Assembly (NCBI GenBank): GCA_965240325.2
Contig: OZ251222.1
Span: 5,022,001 to 5,086,000, forward strand
Direction: 5' to 3'
Source of the DNA: Rebecca billardiae RCC1528
Lineage: Eukaryota > Protista > Haptophyta
Length of the DNA: 64,000 nucleotides
A program made the position numbers and the translations under genes. The notes under the pieces were generated by a model. The model had not been told where the DNA came from and searched no databases. It saw only the letters and a program-made list of their open reading frames with translations. Each line of letters opens with the position of its first letter. Within the stretch, counting starts at the first letter, position 1. This document shows, one piece after another, positions 33,546-44,600 of the stretch.

Positions 33546-34246
33546 CGCTTGGCCGCGCGCTCGCACCAGCGCGCGAGCGGCATCATCAGCGCGATGAGCG
33601 CGCCGATCGCGGCGAACGGCGCGGTGAACCCCCCGAGCGCGTACAGCGCCGCGCCCCCCAGCGGCGCCGCGGTGAACGCGAGTCCGATCACGACTTCGTT
33701 CACGCCCATCGCAGCGCCCAGCCACGCGCCGCACGCGTCCGCGACGATGGCGAAGACGGCGAGGTTGGCGAAGGAGGCGCCGACGCCCTGCAGCAGCCGC
33801 GCGCCGAGCAGCACGCCCACGCCGCCCGCCCCGCCGAGCGCGCGCGCCGCGGCGGGCGCCGCCGCGAAGAGCGCGGCGCCGCCGAGCTGCGTGCCCAGCC
33901 CGAGCTGCAGCAGCAGGTGGCGGCCGAGCGCGCGCGCGAGCGACGCCGCGGCGGGCGAGGCGAGCAGCATCGCTGCGGGGAACGCGCTGACCACGAGCGC
34001 GTTGAGCAGCTCGGTGGGCCCGAGCCCGGCGCCCGCCGCCATGGCGTCGAGCTCTGCGGGCAGGAAGGGCAGCAGCACGCCGATCAGCGCGTTGCCGCAG
34101 AAGGAGACGCCGCACATCAGCGCGAGCACGGGCAGCGCACCGGCCCACGCGGCGCGAGGCGGCGCCTCCGCCGCGCACCCGGGCGCGCTGCCCGCCTTCG
34201 GCGCGAGGAGCGGCTCCGCCGCGCCGCCGCCGTTGGCGCGCGGCAT
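32125..34246 (-). CDS. MFS transporter (SLC18/DHA1-like), spliced
   Basis: About 12 hydrophobic helices, GARLLQGVG, AGVLAD motif; intron 32954-32861. Confidence 0.85.
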
Positions 34247-34694
34247 GACGCGACGACTGCCGAGCCGGTCCAGGGCCGTCCGCACAGTGGACCTCGACTT
34301 GCTCGTCAGCGGAGTGCAGACTCAGCAGCAGGACTCATGAGCAGCATCGCGTCGTGGCAGCCCCGCCTAGCTACTCAGATTCTCAGCCCACTACGGCAGT
34401 CTCAGTCAAGGCAGCTGCACATGACTTGATATATATGCTGATGGCCGGAAGGATTCAGCTAGGCCCGTCTGGCCGCTGGCTTCAGTGTTCTGCTAGCACA
34501 CCGCCTGTAGTAGTGTATAGTGCGATACGTCACGGCCGACGTCACGCGGTTGGCCGACCGCACGGTAGATGACTAGATGGCACCAGGGGGCCGCCTGCTC
34601 CGATGGCGATGCTGGTGCGCTGACGGCCGCGACCGTCGTCGAGGCGTTCCATCGCGATATAGACGCGATGGGCGCGTGATCCCCGCCTCGCGGC

Positions 34695-36336
34695 TCAGGG
34701 CCCGCCGCACCCCGGCCGCCCGTCGCAGTAGTTGTGCTGCTGGCAGACGAACGCGGCCTCGTCCTCCACCTGTGCAGCGTGAGTGACAGTGCGCGCAGCG
34801 GGCACGCCCGCTCAGAGGCGGCTGCGGGCGCGCGGCGCGCGGGGCCGCGCGGCGCGCGCGCGCCTGGAAGACGGTGTGGTGGCAGCCGAAGCGCGACGCC
34901 GCCGCCTGCGCCGCGTATAGCACGGGCGCGACGTCGGTGCCCGTGGAGACGACCAGGTGCGCTGTCAGGTTCACCTTGGACGGCGCGATCGCCCAGATGT
35001 GCAGGTCGTGCACGCCGAGCACGCCGGGCAGCAGCTCGAGCGCGGCCTGCGCGCGCGCCGGGTCGATGCCCGGCGGCGCCGCGCACATCAGCACCAGCGT
35101 ACAGTCCTGCGGCGCGGCGCGGCGGCGCGCGCGCGTGGTGAGCGCACGCGCGCGCGCGCGCTGGGGCGCGCGTCGCGCCGCGCAGCGCCGCGCCGTGCCG
35201 CACGCCACCTTGATCGTGCCGTACGTGCTCATCATCACGAGCACCGCGAAGAGCAGCGTGCACACGGGGTCGACGCGGTACCAGTACGACAGGCCCGTCG
35301 GGTCGGGCCAGCGGTCGTGCAGGAAGTAGATCAGCGCGGCGGCGATCACGACGCCGATCGACTGGATCAGGTCGCCGATCACGTGCGCCATCGCCGCGCG
35401 CACCGCCACGCGCCCGCCCTCCTCGTCCGCGCACGCCGCGCCCTTGGCGGCCGCGTGCGCGCCGCCCGCCTCGGCGTCCGCGAGCGCGGCGCCGTGCTCG
35501 TGCTCGTGCCCGTGCGCGTGCTCGTGCCCGGCGTCGTGCGCGCCCTCCCCGTGCCCGTGGGCGTGGGCGTGGGCGTGCTCGCCGCCGTGGCCGTGGCCGC
35601 CGTGGCCGTGCTCGCCGCCGCCCGCCGCGTCGGCGGCGTGCGCGCCGCCGGCGCCGAAGAGGCCGTGGCCGTGCGCGTGCGAGTGGCCGTGCGCGTGCCC
35701 CCCGTGCCCGCCGAGCACCTTCATCAGCACGAGGTTGAGCAGCACGCCGAGCAGCGCGGTGACGCCCATCACGAGCCCGTCCACCTTCTCGGGGCGCACC
35801 AGCCGGTTGATCGACTCGTACACGAGGATGCCCGTCATGAACCACACGGCGAAGATGGAGAAGATGGCGCCGAGCACCTCCGCGCGGTGGTACCCGTACG
35901 AGAACTGCGCCGTCTGCGGCCACGCCGTGATGTACAGCGAGACGATCGAGACGAAGAAGCCCGCCACGTCCGAGAGCATGTGCGCGGCGTCGGTCAGCAC
36001 GGCGAGCGAGCCCGCGAGCACGCCGCCGACGATCTCGACGAGCATGAAGAGGATCGCGAGGGCCATCGCCAGCTTCAGCTTGCGCTCCGACGCGAGGCTG
36101 GACGCCGACGGCGCCGCGCGCGCGGGCGCGCCGTCGGCTGCGGCGCGCGCGCGCGGCGCGCCGTCGCCGTGCTCGGCCTCGCCGCCGTGCGCGTGGCCGT
36201 GCTCGTGCTCGTGCTCGTGGCCGTGCTCGTGCGCGTGCGCGTGGCCCTGCTCGTGCGCGTGCGCGTGCGCGTGGCCCTCGGCCTCCGTCGCCGCCGCCGC
36301 GAGCAGCGGCTCCTCGCGCGACGAGCGCGGTGCCAT
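34695..36336 (-). CDS. CDF-family zinc transporter (ZnT/MTP1-like) with His-rich segments, two introns
   Basis: SLAVLTDAAHMLSD, SYGYHRAEVLGA, HVIGDLIQSIGV, VHDLHIW, HTVFQ|VE. Introns ~35208-35107 (GT-AG) and 34863-34770 (GC-AG). Confidence 0.93.
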
Positions 36337-36546
36337 GGCGGCTTGTCGATATCAAGGCTGAGTCTCACGGCCCCGCCTCTTCCGGACGCCACGGCCCCGG
36401 GCAGCCCCGCCCAAGCAAGCGGCGTGGCGGCGTCGCGGCCCGGCCCCCGCGAAAGCGCATGCCGGCGTGAGCGGATCTCTGATCCGCTCGACCAGACTGG
36501 GCGCGCGGCGGGGGGAGGCTCCGTGCGCACTGCAGCAGCGGTGGCC

Positions 36547-37660
36547 CAAGGGGAGTCAGGGTACAGCACGTCCAGTTGGGCTGCAGCTGGAGCTTGGGTA
36601 CAAAAGCTCCCGCGGCGCAGCGGCACTCGCCGCCGCCGCCGCCGTCGAGGGGCGGTTGTGGCGCGCACGGCGTGAGCCGCTGCGGGCGCTGAGGTGCGCG
36701 CGACGGCGGCGCGCCCGGCGGCGCTGCTGTAGGAGGCCACTGCCCTCCTCTCTGCCCCGCGCGCTTCGCTCGTCGTCGCCGTCTCCGCGCCTGCGACTCA
36801 GCGCGCACGCGAGCGCGGCACCGCCCGGCAGCCGGGGCAATCTCTGCCATGACTGCGCATGTGCGTCGCGACCTGGTCGGCCCAGCGCGCGAGGCGCGTG
36901 CGGGCGAGGTAGGGCCAGTATGGGCGCGCGCCATGCCGCCTCAAGTAAGCCCATCAGAGCGTACAACAGGGAACTGAGCACGTGTGTCTGGTTGGCCGCT
37001 TGGACTGTGTTCAAGCAATGCACGGGCCATCGTCGAGGCGATCTCGAGGCACTCAGTCAAAACGTCAGTTCAGCGCGCAGACGACCTGGGCGAGAGTCAC
37101 TGACAATGTATGACTCGCATGATCACAAAAAGCTCTGCAACTATCGCGTCTGTACGCCTACTGCCTCGATCGTGCACACTGACGTCTGCGCTTGGGTGCC
37201 GCATTGTTTGTCAACGTTGTCGACAGAGGTGCAAGGCCCGCGACATGCCCACCGGCGCAAGGTCGAGGCGGCATGGCGCGCGCCCATACTGGCCCTACCT
37301 CGCCCGCACGCGCCTCGCGCGCTGGGCCGACCAGGTCGCGACGCACATGCGCAGTCATGGCAGAGATTGCCCCGGCTGCCGGGCGGTGCCGCGCTCGCGT
37401 GCGCGCTGAGTCGCAGGCGCGGAGACGGCGACGACGAGCGAAGCGCGCGGGGCAGAGAGGAGGGCAGTGGCCTCCTACAGCAGCGCCGCCGGGCGCGCCG
37501 CCGTCGCGCGCACCTCAGCGCCCGCAGCGGCTCACGCCGTGCGCGCCACAACCGCCCCTCGACGGCGGCGGCGGCGGCGAGTGCCGCTGCGCCGCGGGAG
37601 CTTTTGTACCCAAGCTCCAGCTGCAGCCCAACTGGACGTGCTGTACCCTGGCTCCCCTTG
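36547..37660. mobile_element. Non-autonomous foldback DNA transposon, P-superfamily-like (family 2)
   Basis: 396-bp near-perfect TIRs (36547-36942 / 37265-37660) starting CAAGGG; 7-bp TSD GGTGGCC at 36540-36546 and 37661-37667. Confidence 0.92.
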
Positions 37661-37809
37661 GGTGGCCCGCCCGGCCTCGCCTCGCTCATCATTCTCACCC
37701 GCTGAGGGCGCGCATCCATCGCCCGCCCCCACGCACGCCCCGACCGGGCACGCCGAACGCGCGGGCCGTGCCGCAGCAGGCGTGCGGCCGGCGCGGCGGC
37801 GCCCGGGAG

Positions 37810-39434
37810 ATGAGCGAGACGCACGACGGCGGCGCGCCCGCCGCCGCGCCCGGCGGGCCGCCGGGCGCCGCCGCGCCGGCGGCGGCGGGTGCGCCCGCGG
37901 CCGAGGTCGCGGCGCCCGAGGCGCTCGAGCGCGCGCTGCGCACGCTCGACGGGACGAAGGACCGGATCGAGGCGGCGTCCGCGGCGTTCCGCGAGGCGTC
38001 GTCGCGCGGCCTCGTCCTCGAGGCGTTCCGCGCGTGGCGCGACTGCGTGAGCGCGTGCACGCCCGACGGCGGGCTGTGGCTGCTGTACGTGGCCAACGAC
38101 GTGATGCAGCGCGCGATGGCGAGCCACGAGGCGGAGGCGAAGCAGCACACGCTCGGGCTCTTCTGGAAGCACGTGCCCGTGCTCGTCCAGCTCGCCTGCC
38201 GTGACCGCAACCCGCGCCGCTGCGCCGCCGTCCTCGAGCTGCTGCGCGTGTGGGGCGAGCGGCGCGTGCACCCGCGCGCGCTGCGGCGCGACAAGCTCGA
38301 CACGCTCGCGCGCAAGGTGAGCTGGTGGCGCTCCGCCGAGCAGCGCATGACGCAGGCGTCGCCGCGGATCTCGCCGCTCTCGCCCTCCGCGCAGCCGCCC
38401 GGCGGCGCCGCGCAGCCGCCGCCGCCGCTCGCGCCGCTGCCGCCCGCGGCGGTGGCGCCGCGGCCGCGCGCGCGAGACGCCGCGGCCGCCGCGCCCGCGC
38501 CCGCGGCCGCGCCCGCCGCCGCGCCGCCCGCCGCCGCCGCGCCGGCGGCGGCGGCGGCGGCGCCCGCGCCCGAGCGCCCCGCGCTCGCGCGCGCGCCCGG
38601 CCCCGGCCGCGCGCGCGGGCGGCGCGTCTCGTTCGGGCTCGTGCTCGTGCACACGCACTGCGTGGACGCGGGCTGCAGCGTGCCGCGGGACGGTCTGCCG
38701 GTCGGGCTCGGCCCCGCCGCCCTCTCCACGCTGCGCACGGACGTGGGCGCGTACGAGCACGAGCGCGCGCCGCGCCGGCTGCCGCGGTACGCGACGACGG
38801 GCGTGCTCACCGCGGCGCAGCGCCACGCGCTGCTGCTGTGCGCGCTGGGCGAGGCGCAGCTGGCCGCGCTCGCGCACGAGACGGAGGCGACGCGCGCGCG
38901 CCGCCGCGCGGCCGCGGAGGAGGCGCAGCAGCGGCGCGCGTCCGCGCTCGGCCCGCCCTCGCTCATCGACGTGGCGGCGCTCGACGTGGGCGGCGGCGCG
39001 GGCAGCGCGCCGCCGCCCGCGCTGCCGCCCTCCGCCGCCGCCGCGTGCGCGCGCGCCCCCTCCTCCGGCGGCGGGGGGGCCGCGCCTGGGGCCGAGGCCG
39101 CGTCCCAGGCGGCGGCGCTGCTCTCGCGGTACGCGGCGCTGCGCATGCCGCGCTGGGAGCCGCTCTTCGACCCGACGCAGCAGCAGCCCGGCGCGCACGC
39201 GCGGAGGAAGCCGCCGCCCACGCCGCCGCCGCCGAGGCGCACCGCCTCGGGCGGCGCCGACGCCGCGGCTGCCGCCGGCGGCGCGCCCTCGAGCGCGCCG
39301 CAGGCCGGCGCAGCGGCCGGCGGCGGCGGGTGCGGCGGCGGGTGCGGCTGCGCGTCCGCGTTTGTGCTGCCGCCGCCACGCGCGGCCGAGCGGCCGCCGC
39401 CGGAGCCGCACGGCGGCGCCGCGCCGACCGGCGC

Positions 39435-39473
<39 letters not shown>

Positions 39474-40458
39474 GCCCGCGGAGCCGCCCGCCGATGCCGA
39501 CGCGTCGTGCGCGGCGTCCTCCCCTCGGCGGCGGCTGTCGAAGGGGTGTGCGGGCGCGGGGCCGTCGGGCGCGCCGTTTGAGCGGAGCAAGCTGGGCGCG
39601 GCCACGGCGCACAGGCTCACGCAGGCGCCGCAGCAGCTCGACATGCGGCTGGACGCGCTGCGCGCGCCCAGCCACGCGGAGCACCACCAGTCGCACCTGC
39701 GCTCGCCCACGCGGCATGGCAGCGGCGCGGCGACCGCGGCGGCGGCGGCGGCGGCGGCCGCGGCTGCGGCGGCAGTGGCGGCGGCGACCGCGGCGGCGGC
39801 CGCGGCCGCGGCGGAGGCGCCGGCGGGCGCGCCGCGCGCACTCAAGCGGCCGTCGGTCGCGCGCCACCGCGACCGCGAGCGGCAGGCGGCGGCGGCGGCG
39901 AGCGCGGGCGGCGCGAACGGCGTCGCGGAGTGCGCGGACGGCGGCTGGAGCCTCGCGCACGCGGCGGGCGCCCGGCCGGGCGGCCCGCACGCGTGCGCGG
40001 ACGGGCGCTTGGAGGGCGCGGGGCTGCCGCCGCTGCTCGGGATGCTGCGCGCGCACAGGCCGCCCGCCATCGCGACCGACGTGGGCGGCGGCGGGCACAA
40101 CGGCGCGCAGCCCTCGCCGCCGGGCAGCGGCGGCGGGCTGCGCGCCGGCAGCAGCCCGCTCGACGGGCCGGGCGGCGCGGCGCTCGGGCGCAACGTGAGC
40201 GACGAGGCGCTGCAGGGCTGGCGCGCGCTCGCCAAGCGGCAGGCGGACGCGCCGCCCAGCGCGCGCGCGCGCAAGCGGTGCGCGCGCGCGCCGCCGCGCC
40301 GCGCGCGCCCTCTCCGGCGTCGCGCTGACCGGCGCGCCCACGCGCCCGCCCGCGCGCCCGCCGCCCGCGCCCGCCGCAGGAGCCGCGACGAGACGGCGAT
40401 GGCGGGCGGCCACCAGCCCGCCGACGGGACTGCCGGCACGGCCGCGGACGGCGGATGA
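37810..40458 (+). CDS. CID (RNA Pol II CTD-interacting/RPR) domain protein with long low-complexity tail
   Basis: LRTLDGTKDRIEAAS...LLYVANDVMQ...LLRVWGERRV matches the CID consensus; probable intron ~40278-40379. Confidence 0.78.
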
Positions 40459-41069
40459 CGAGTCGCGAGGGCGCGGGTCGGATCGTCTGGCTGTGTTCCG
40501 CGGCACAGCTCGTCTGGCTGTGCTCCGACTGCGCGCTCGTCGCGGCTGCTCGGGTCGGATCGGCTCAAGGGCGACGAGCAGCACCAGCTGACGACGCAGA
40601 CGAACGACTCAACTGCTCTTGAGTGACAGTGCAGCACTGTATGATGTCTCACGACGACGTGCTACTGCGCGATCGTGACGTCGACGCCTCGAGGCTCGAC
40701 GGCTCGACGGTCGATGCTGTCCGGCAGGGCCCTGCTGCGACGATGTATACTAGATCTATATATATACTGGCGATGATGCTATATGTATATGCCAGCATCA
40801 TCAGCGCATGTATAATTGTATCATCTGACAGTATATCAGTGATCGTCATCAATATAGAAACGCCCGAATAAGAATCAGTACCGACAGCGGTACCCCGGCC
40901 CCGGGCCGCGCGGCCGGACCGCGGAACTGCAGTAGTCACTGCTGCTGACTTCAGATCGCGCCGTCAGCGCGCCGACGGGCAGACCGAGCTCGCTGGCGCC
41001 GACGAGGCGATGCTGACTGACGGCATCGCTTCAGCGCGCGCGCGGGGGGCTCGGCGCATGCGCGTCGCG

Positions 41070-41471
41070 CTACGCCCGCTCGGCCGGCTGTGCGAGCAGC
41101 AGCCGGTGAGCGCCCGCGCGCGGCTCGCGCCCGGCGAGCAGCATGACGGCGAGGAAGCCGCCCATGACGAGCAGCCCGAACACGACCTCGGCGCACATGC
41201 ACGCCCGCCCCGCGCAGCTGCTCTGCTTGCCGAACTCGCGCGTCCACCTGCCCCTGCACCACGCGAGCGCGTGCACGCCCGGCGCGGAGCAGAGCGCGTG
41301 GTCGAGCACGAGGTAGACGAGGAAGGCGGCGGTCATGCCCAGGATGAGCACGAGGGACGCGCCAAAGTCGAGCCCGCCGGTGAACGCCTGCGCCGCGCGG
41401 TGGATCGTGTTCAGCCGCCTGGGCGCCGCGGCGGCGGCGGCGGCGGCGGCGAGCGGCGCGGCGCCGCCCAT
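41070..41471 (-). CDS. Small hypothetical membrane protein (3' end uncertain)
   Basis: Two clear hydrophobic helices; divergent from the 41675 gene. Confidence 0.5.
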   Translation of the reverse strand: MGGAAPLAAAAAAAAAPRRLNTIHRAAQAFTGGLDFGASLVLILGMTAAFLVYLVLDHALCSAPGVHALAWCRGRWTREFGKQSSCAGRACMCAEVVFGLLVMGGFLAVMLLAGREPRAGAHRLLLAQPAERA

Positions 41472-41674
41472 GGCCAAGTGGCTGCAGCGCAGCCCACCTG
41501 CTCGCCCAACTTTTGCACGCCCGCGGGAGCAGCCGAGCCCGGCCGGCCGCCATCGTGTGTGTGCCGTTCCTGCAACTGCTTGGGTGTCCGTTTCGCCCGC
41601 GCGCAGCCCAGCACGGCAGCACGCCTCCCACGCTCGGGCGAGAAGAGCATCCGCGAGCGAGCGCGACGAGAGAG

Positions 41675-44600
41675 ATGGCGCCGCCCGCCCGCGGCGGCGG
41701 CGTGCCGCCGGACGCGTCGGGCGCGCTGCCGGCGGTGGTGGTGCTGCAGGGCAAGGAGATCGTCGACCCGTCGGGCGAGCCCGCCGCGCGCGACCCGTCC
41801 GCCGCGGCCGACGGCGGCGGCGGCGGCGGCGCGCCGTCGAGCACGGCGCTGAGCGAGGTGATCGCCGAGGACTGGCAGCGCAAGTGGGCGATGGAGGAGG
41901 CGGGCGCGGCGTGGCAGCGGGGGTTCAAGGAGAACCGGCGCGCCTTCCGCTCCGCCGTGCTCTACTGCGAGCTCCAGTTCGACGCCGCGCTCAAGCGCTC
42001 GCGCGAGCTGGGCGAGGGCTCGCCCAACGCGTTCCTCACGCTCGCGGCGTGCGAGTGCGTGCAGCTGCTGCTCGGCGCGCTGGGCGAGAAGGTGCGCCCG
42101 CTCGGCCGCGTGCTGTGCACCGAGCTCTTCCGCGCCGTGTACGCCGACTACGACGACGCCTCGCGCTCCGCGCCGCGCGCGGGCGCGGGCGCGGCGGCGG
42201 CGGGCGGCGGCGGCGCGGGCGCGCTCGCGCGCGCGCCCGGCGCGCGGCACACGCCCTACTACGTCGAGCTGCAGCGCGCGCGCGCGCAGCTGGGCGGCGC
42301 GCTGGCGGAGGTGGGGCACGTGCGCGCGCTCGGCGAGCGCGCGCAGGCCGCCGTCCGCGCGCGCGCCGAGCAGCTCGACGAGGCGGTCGGCAGCCTGCGG
42401 CACGCGGCCGCGCAGGTGGCGGCCGAGGGCGAGGGCGCCGACGCGCTCGGCGCGCGCGTCGACGCGCTGGGCGCCGAGCTGCGCGCGGCGAACGCGGAGC
42501 TGGGCGAGGCGGTGCGCTTCGCGTACGCCACCTCCGTCGACGAGGCCCTCGCGCGCGTCGACGCGCTCCACGCCGACGCGCGGCGCGCGTTTGCGCGGCG
42601 CGCGTGCGGCGCGGTGCTCGCGCCCTGGCTCGCGTCGCTGCCCGCGCCCGAGCTGGTCGCGGCGGCGCAGGAGATGCTCGCCGGCGTGGGGCTGGAGGAG
42701 GGCGTCGCGCTGGTCGGCGCGCTTGTCGGCGCGCTCGCGCTCGAGGGCGGCGACGCGCTCCGCGCCGAGGTCGTGCGCGCCGCGCTCGAGCTGCCCGCGG
42801 GCGCGGCCGAGGGCGCGTGGGGCGCGGCGCTCGGCGCGCTGCTGCAGCACGGCGGCGGCCTCGGGCCCGAGCCGTCGGGGCTGTCGGCGCAGACGGGGAC
42901 GGAGGCGGCGCTCGAGTCGGCGGGCGCGAGCGCCGAGCCCTCCGCGCTCGAGGGCTCGAGCGGCGCCGACGCCTCCGCCGCCGCCTCCGCCGCGCGCGTC
43001 GGCGCGGGCGCGGGCGCGGCGCGCGCGGCCGCGGGCGCCGCGGCGGGCGCGGCCGCCGCGCGCTCGTTCGCGCACCGCCCGCACGGCGCGCCCGCGCGCC
43101 GCGCGGGCGAGGAGGGCGAGGAGGGGGGGGAGGAGGAGGAGGCGGGCGAGCTCGCGCCGCTCCCCGCCGCGCCCACCGTCGGCGCCTCGCCGCCCGTCGC
43201 GCGCACGCGGCTCGGCGCGGCCGAGGCGGCGGCGGCGCGGCGCGCGCACGCGCTCACGGCCGAGAGCCTCGCAGAGGCGCAGGCGGCGGAGGCGGCGGCC
43301 GACTCGCCGCTCGACGCGACGGGCGCGGTGCTGGGCATGTGGAGCGAGGCGCTGGACGTGGCGCGGCCCGAGGACCGCTCGGCCTCGGCGAGCTCCAAGT
43401 CGAGCGGCGGCGTGCTCGCGACGCTGCGGCGCGCGCGCTCGCCCGAGCCGCCGAGCCCGCGCACCGCGGCCGCGGCCGACGGCGACGCGGCGGCCGCGGC
43501 CGCCGCCGAGCGCGCGGGCGAGCTGGGCGCGCTCGCGCTCGAGCTGAAGCTGCGGCAGAAGCAGCCGCTCGTGGGCTCGGGCGAGCGCGCGCAGCGCCGC
43601 GGCTCGAGCCGCTCGACCGGCGGCGGCGCGCGCGCGCGCGTGGGCGGCGGCGTCTCGCTGCCGCCCGCCGTGCGGCCGCACCCGCGCCGCGCGTCCGCCG
43701 CGTCGGGCGTGGGCGCGGAGCTGCGCCGACACCTCGGCGCCGGGGCGGGCGGGCTGGGCCACGGCGCGGCGGCGGAGCGCGAGGTGGCGGAGCGCCTCGC
43801 CGCGGTGCGCGCCGCGCGCCAGGCCGCCGCCGCCGCGCGCCCGCAGCACGCCGCGCCGCCGTCGGCCGGCGGCGGCGGCGCGCCCGGCGGCGCGGACGGC
43901 GTGGCGCTGGGCGCGCTCGAGCTGTTTGCGGCCACGGCGCTGCCGCCGCTGCTCGCGCACCCGCAGCAGGCGGCGACGACGCACGCGCAGCCGCCCGCGG
44001 CGCGCGGCGGCGCCGCCGGCGCCGGCGGCGCCTCGCTGCGCCGCGGCTCGACGCAGGTGCGCATCGACGAGGGCGCGGCGATCGCGGCCGCGTTTGCCGA
44101 GGCCAAGCGCAAGGGCACGCGCCCCGACCACCGGCCCTCGCTGGCGCACGCGACCGCCGCCGCCGCCGCGTCCGCCGCGGCGGTCTTCGACGCGGCGGCG
44201 GCGGCGGAGACGGCGGCGGCGGAGGAGGAGGGCGCGGACGACGCGGCGGGCGACGCGGCGCTCGCGGGGCGCGTCGAGGCCGCCGTCGCGCGCGTCCTCG
44301 CGGAGGTGGAGGCGCGCGCGGCGCAGCACGCGGACGCGCTCGGCGCGGCGCGCGCCGCGCTCGTCGCGCGCTCCGTCACGCGCGCGCCGCTGCGCGACGG
44401 GCGCGTCGTGCTGGGCAACGAGGACGTGGCGGTGCTGATCGCGCCGACGCCGGTGTGGCTGGCGCACAAGGAGTGGGCCGCGCCGCCGCCGCCGCCGCCG
44501 CGCCGCCAGCTGCCGCCCTCGCCGCCCAAGCCCAAGGCCGCGGCGGCGCCGCCGCCGCCGAGCGGCGGCGGCGGCGGCGGCGCGGCGCGCAAGTCGAGCG

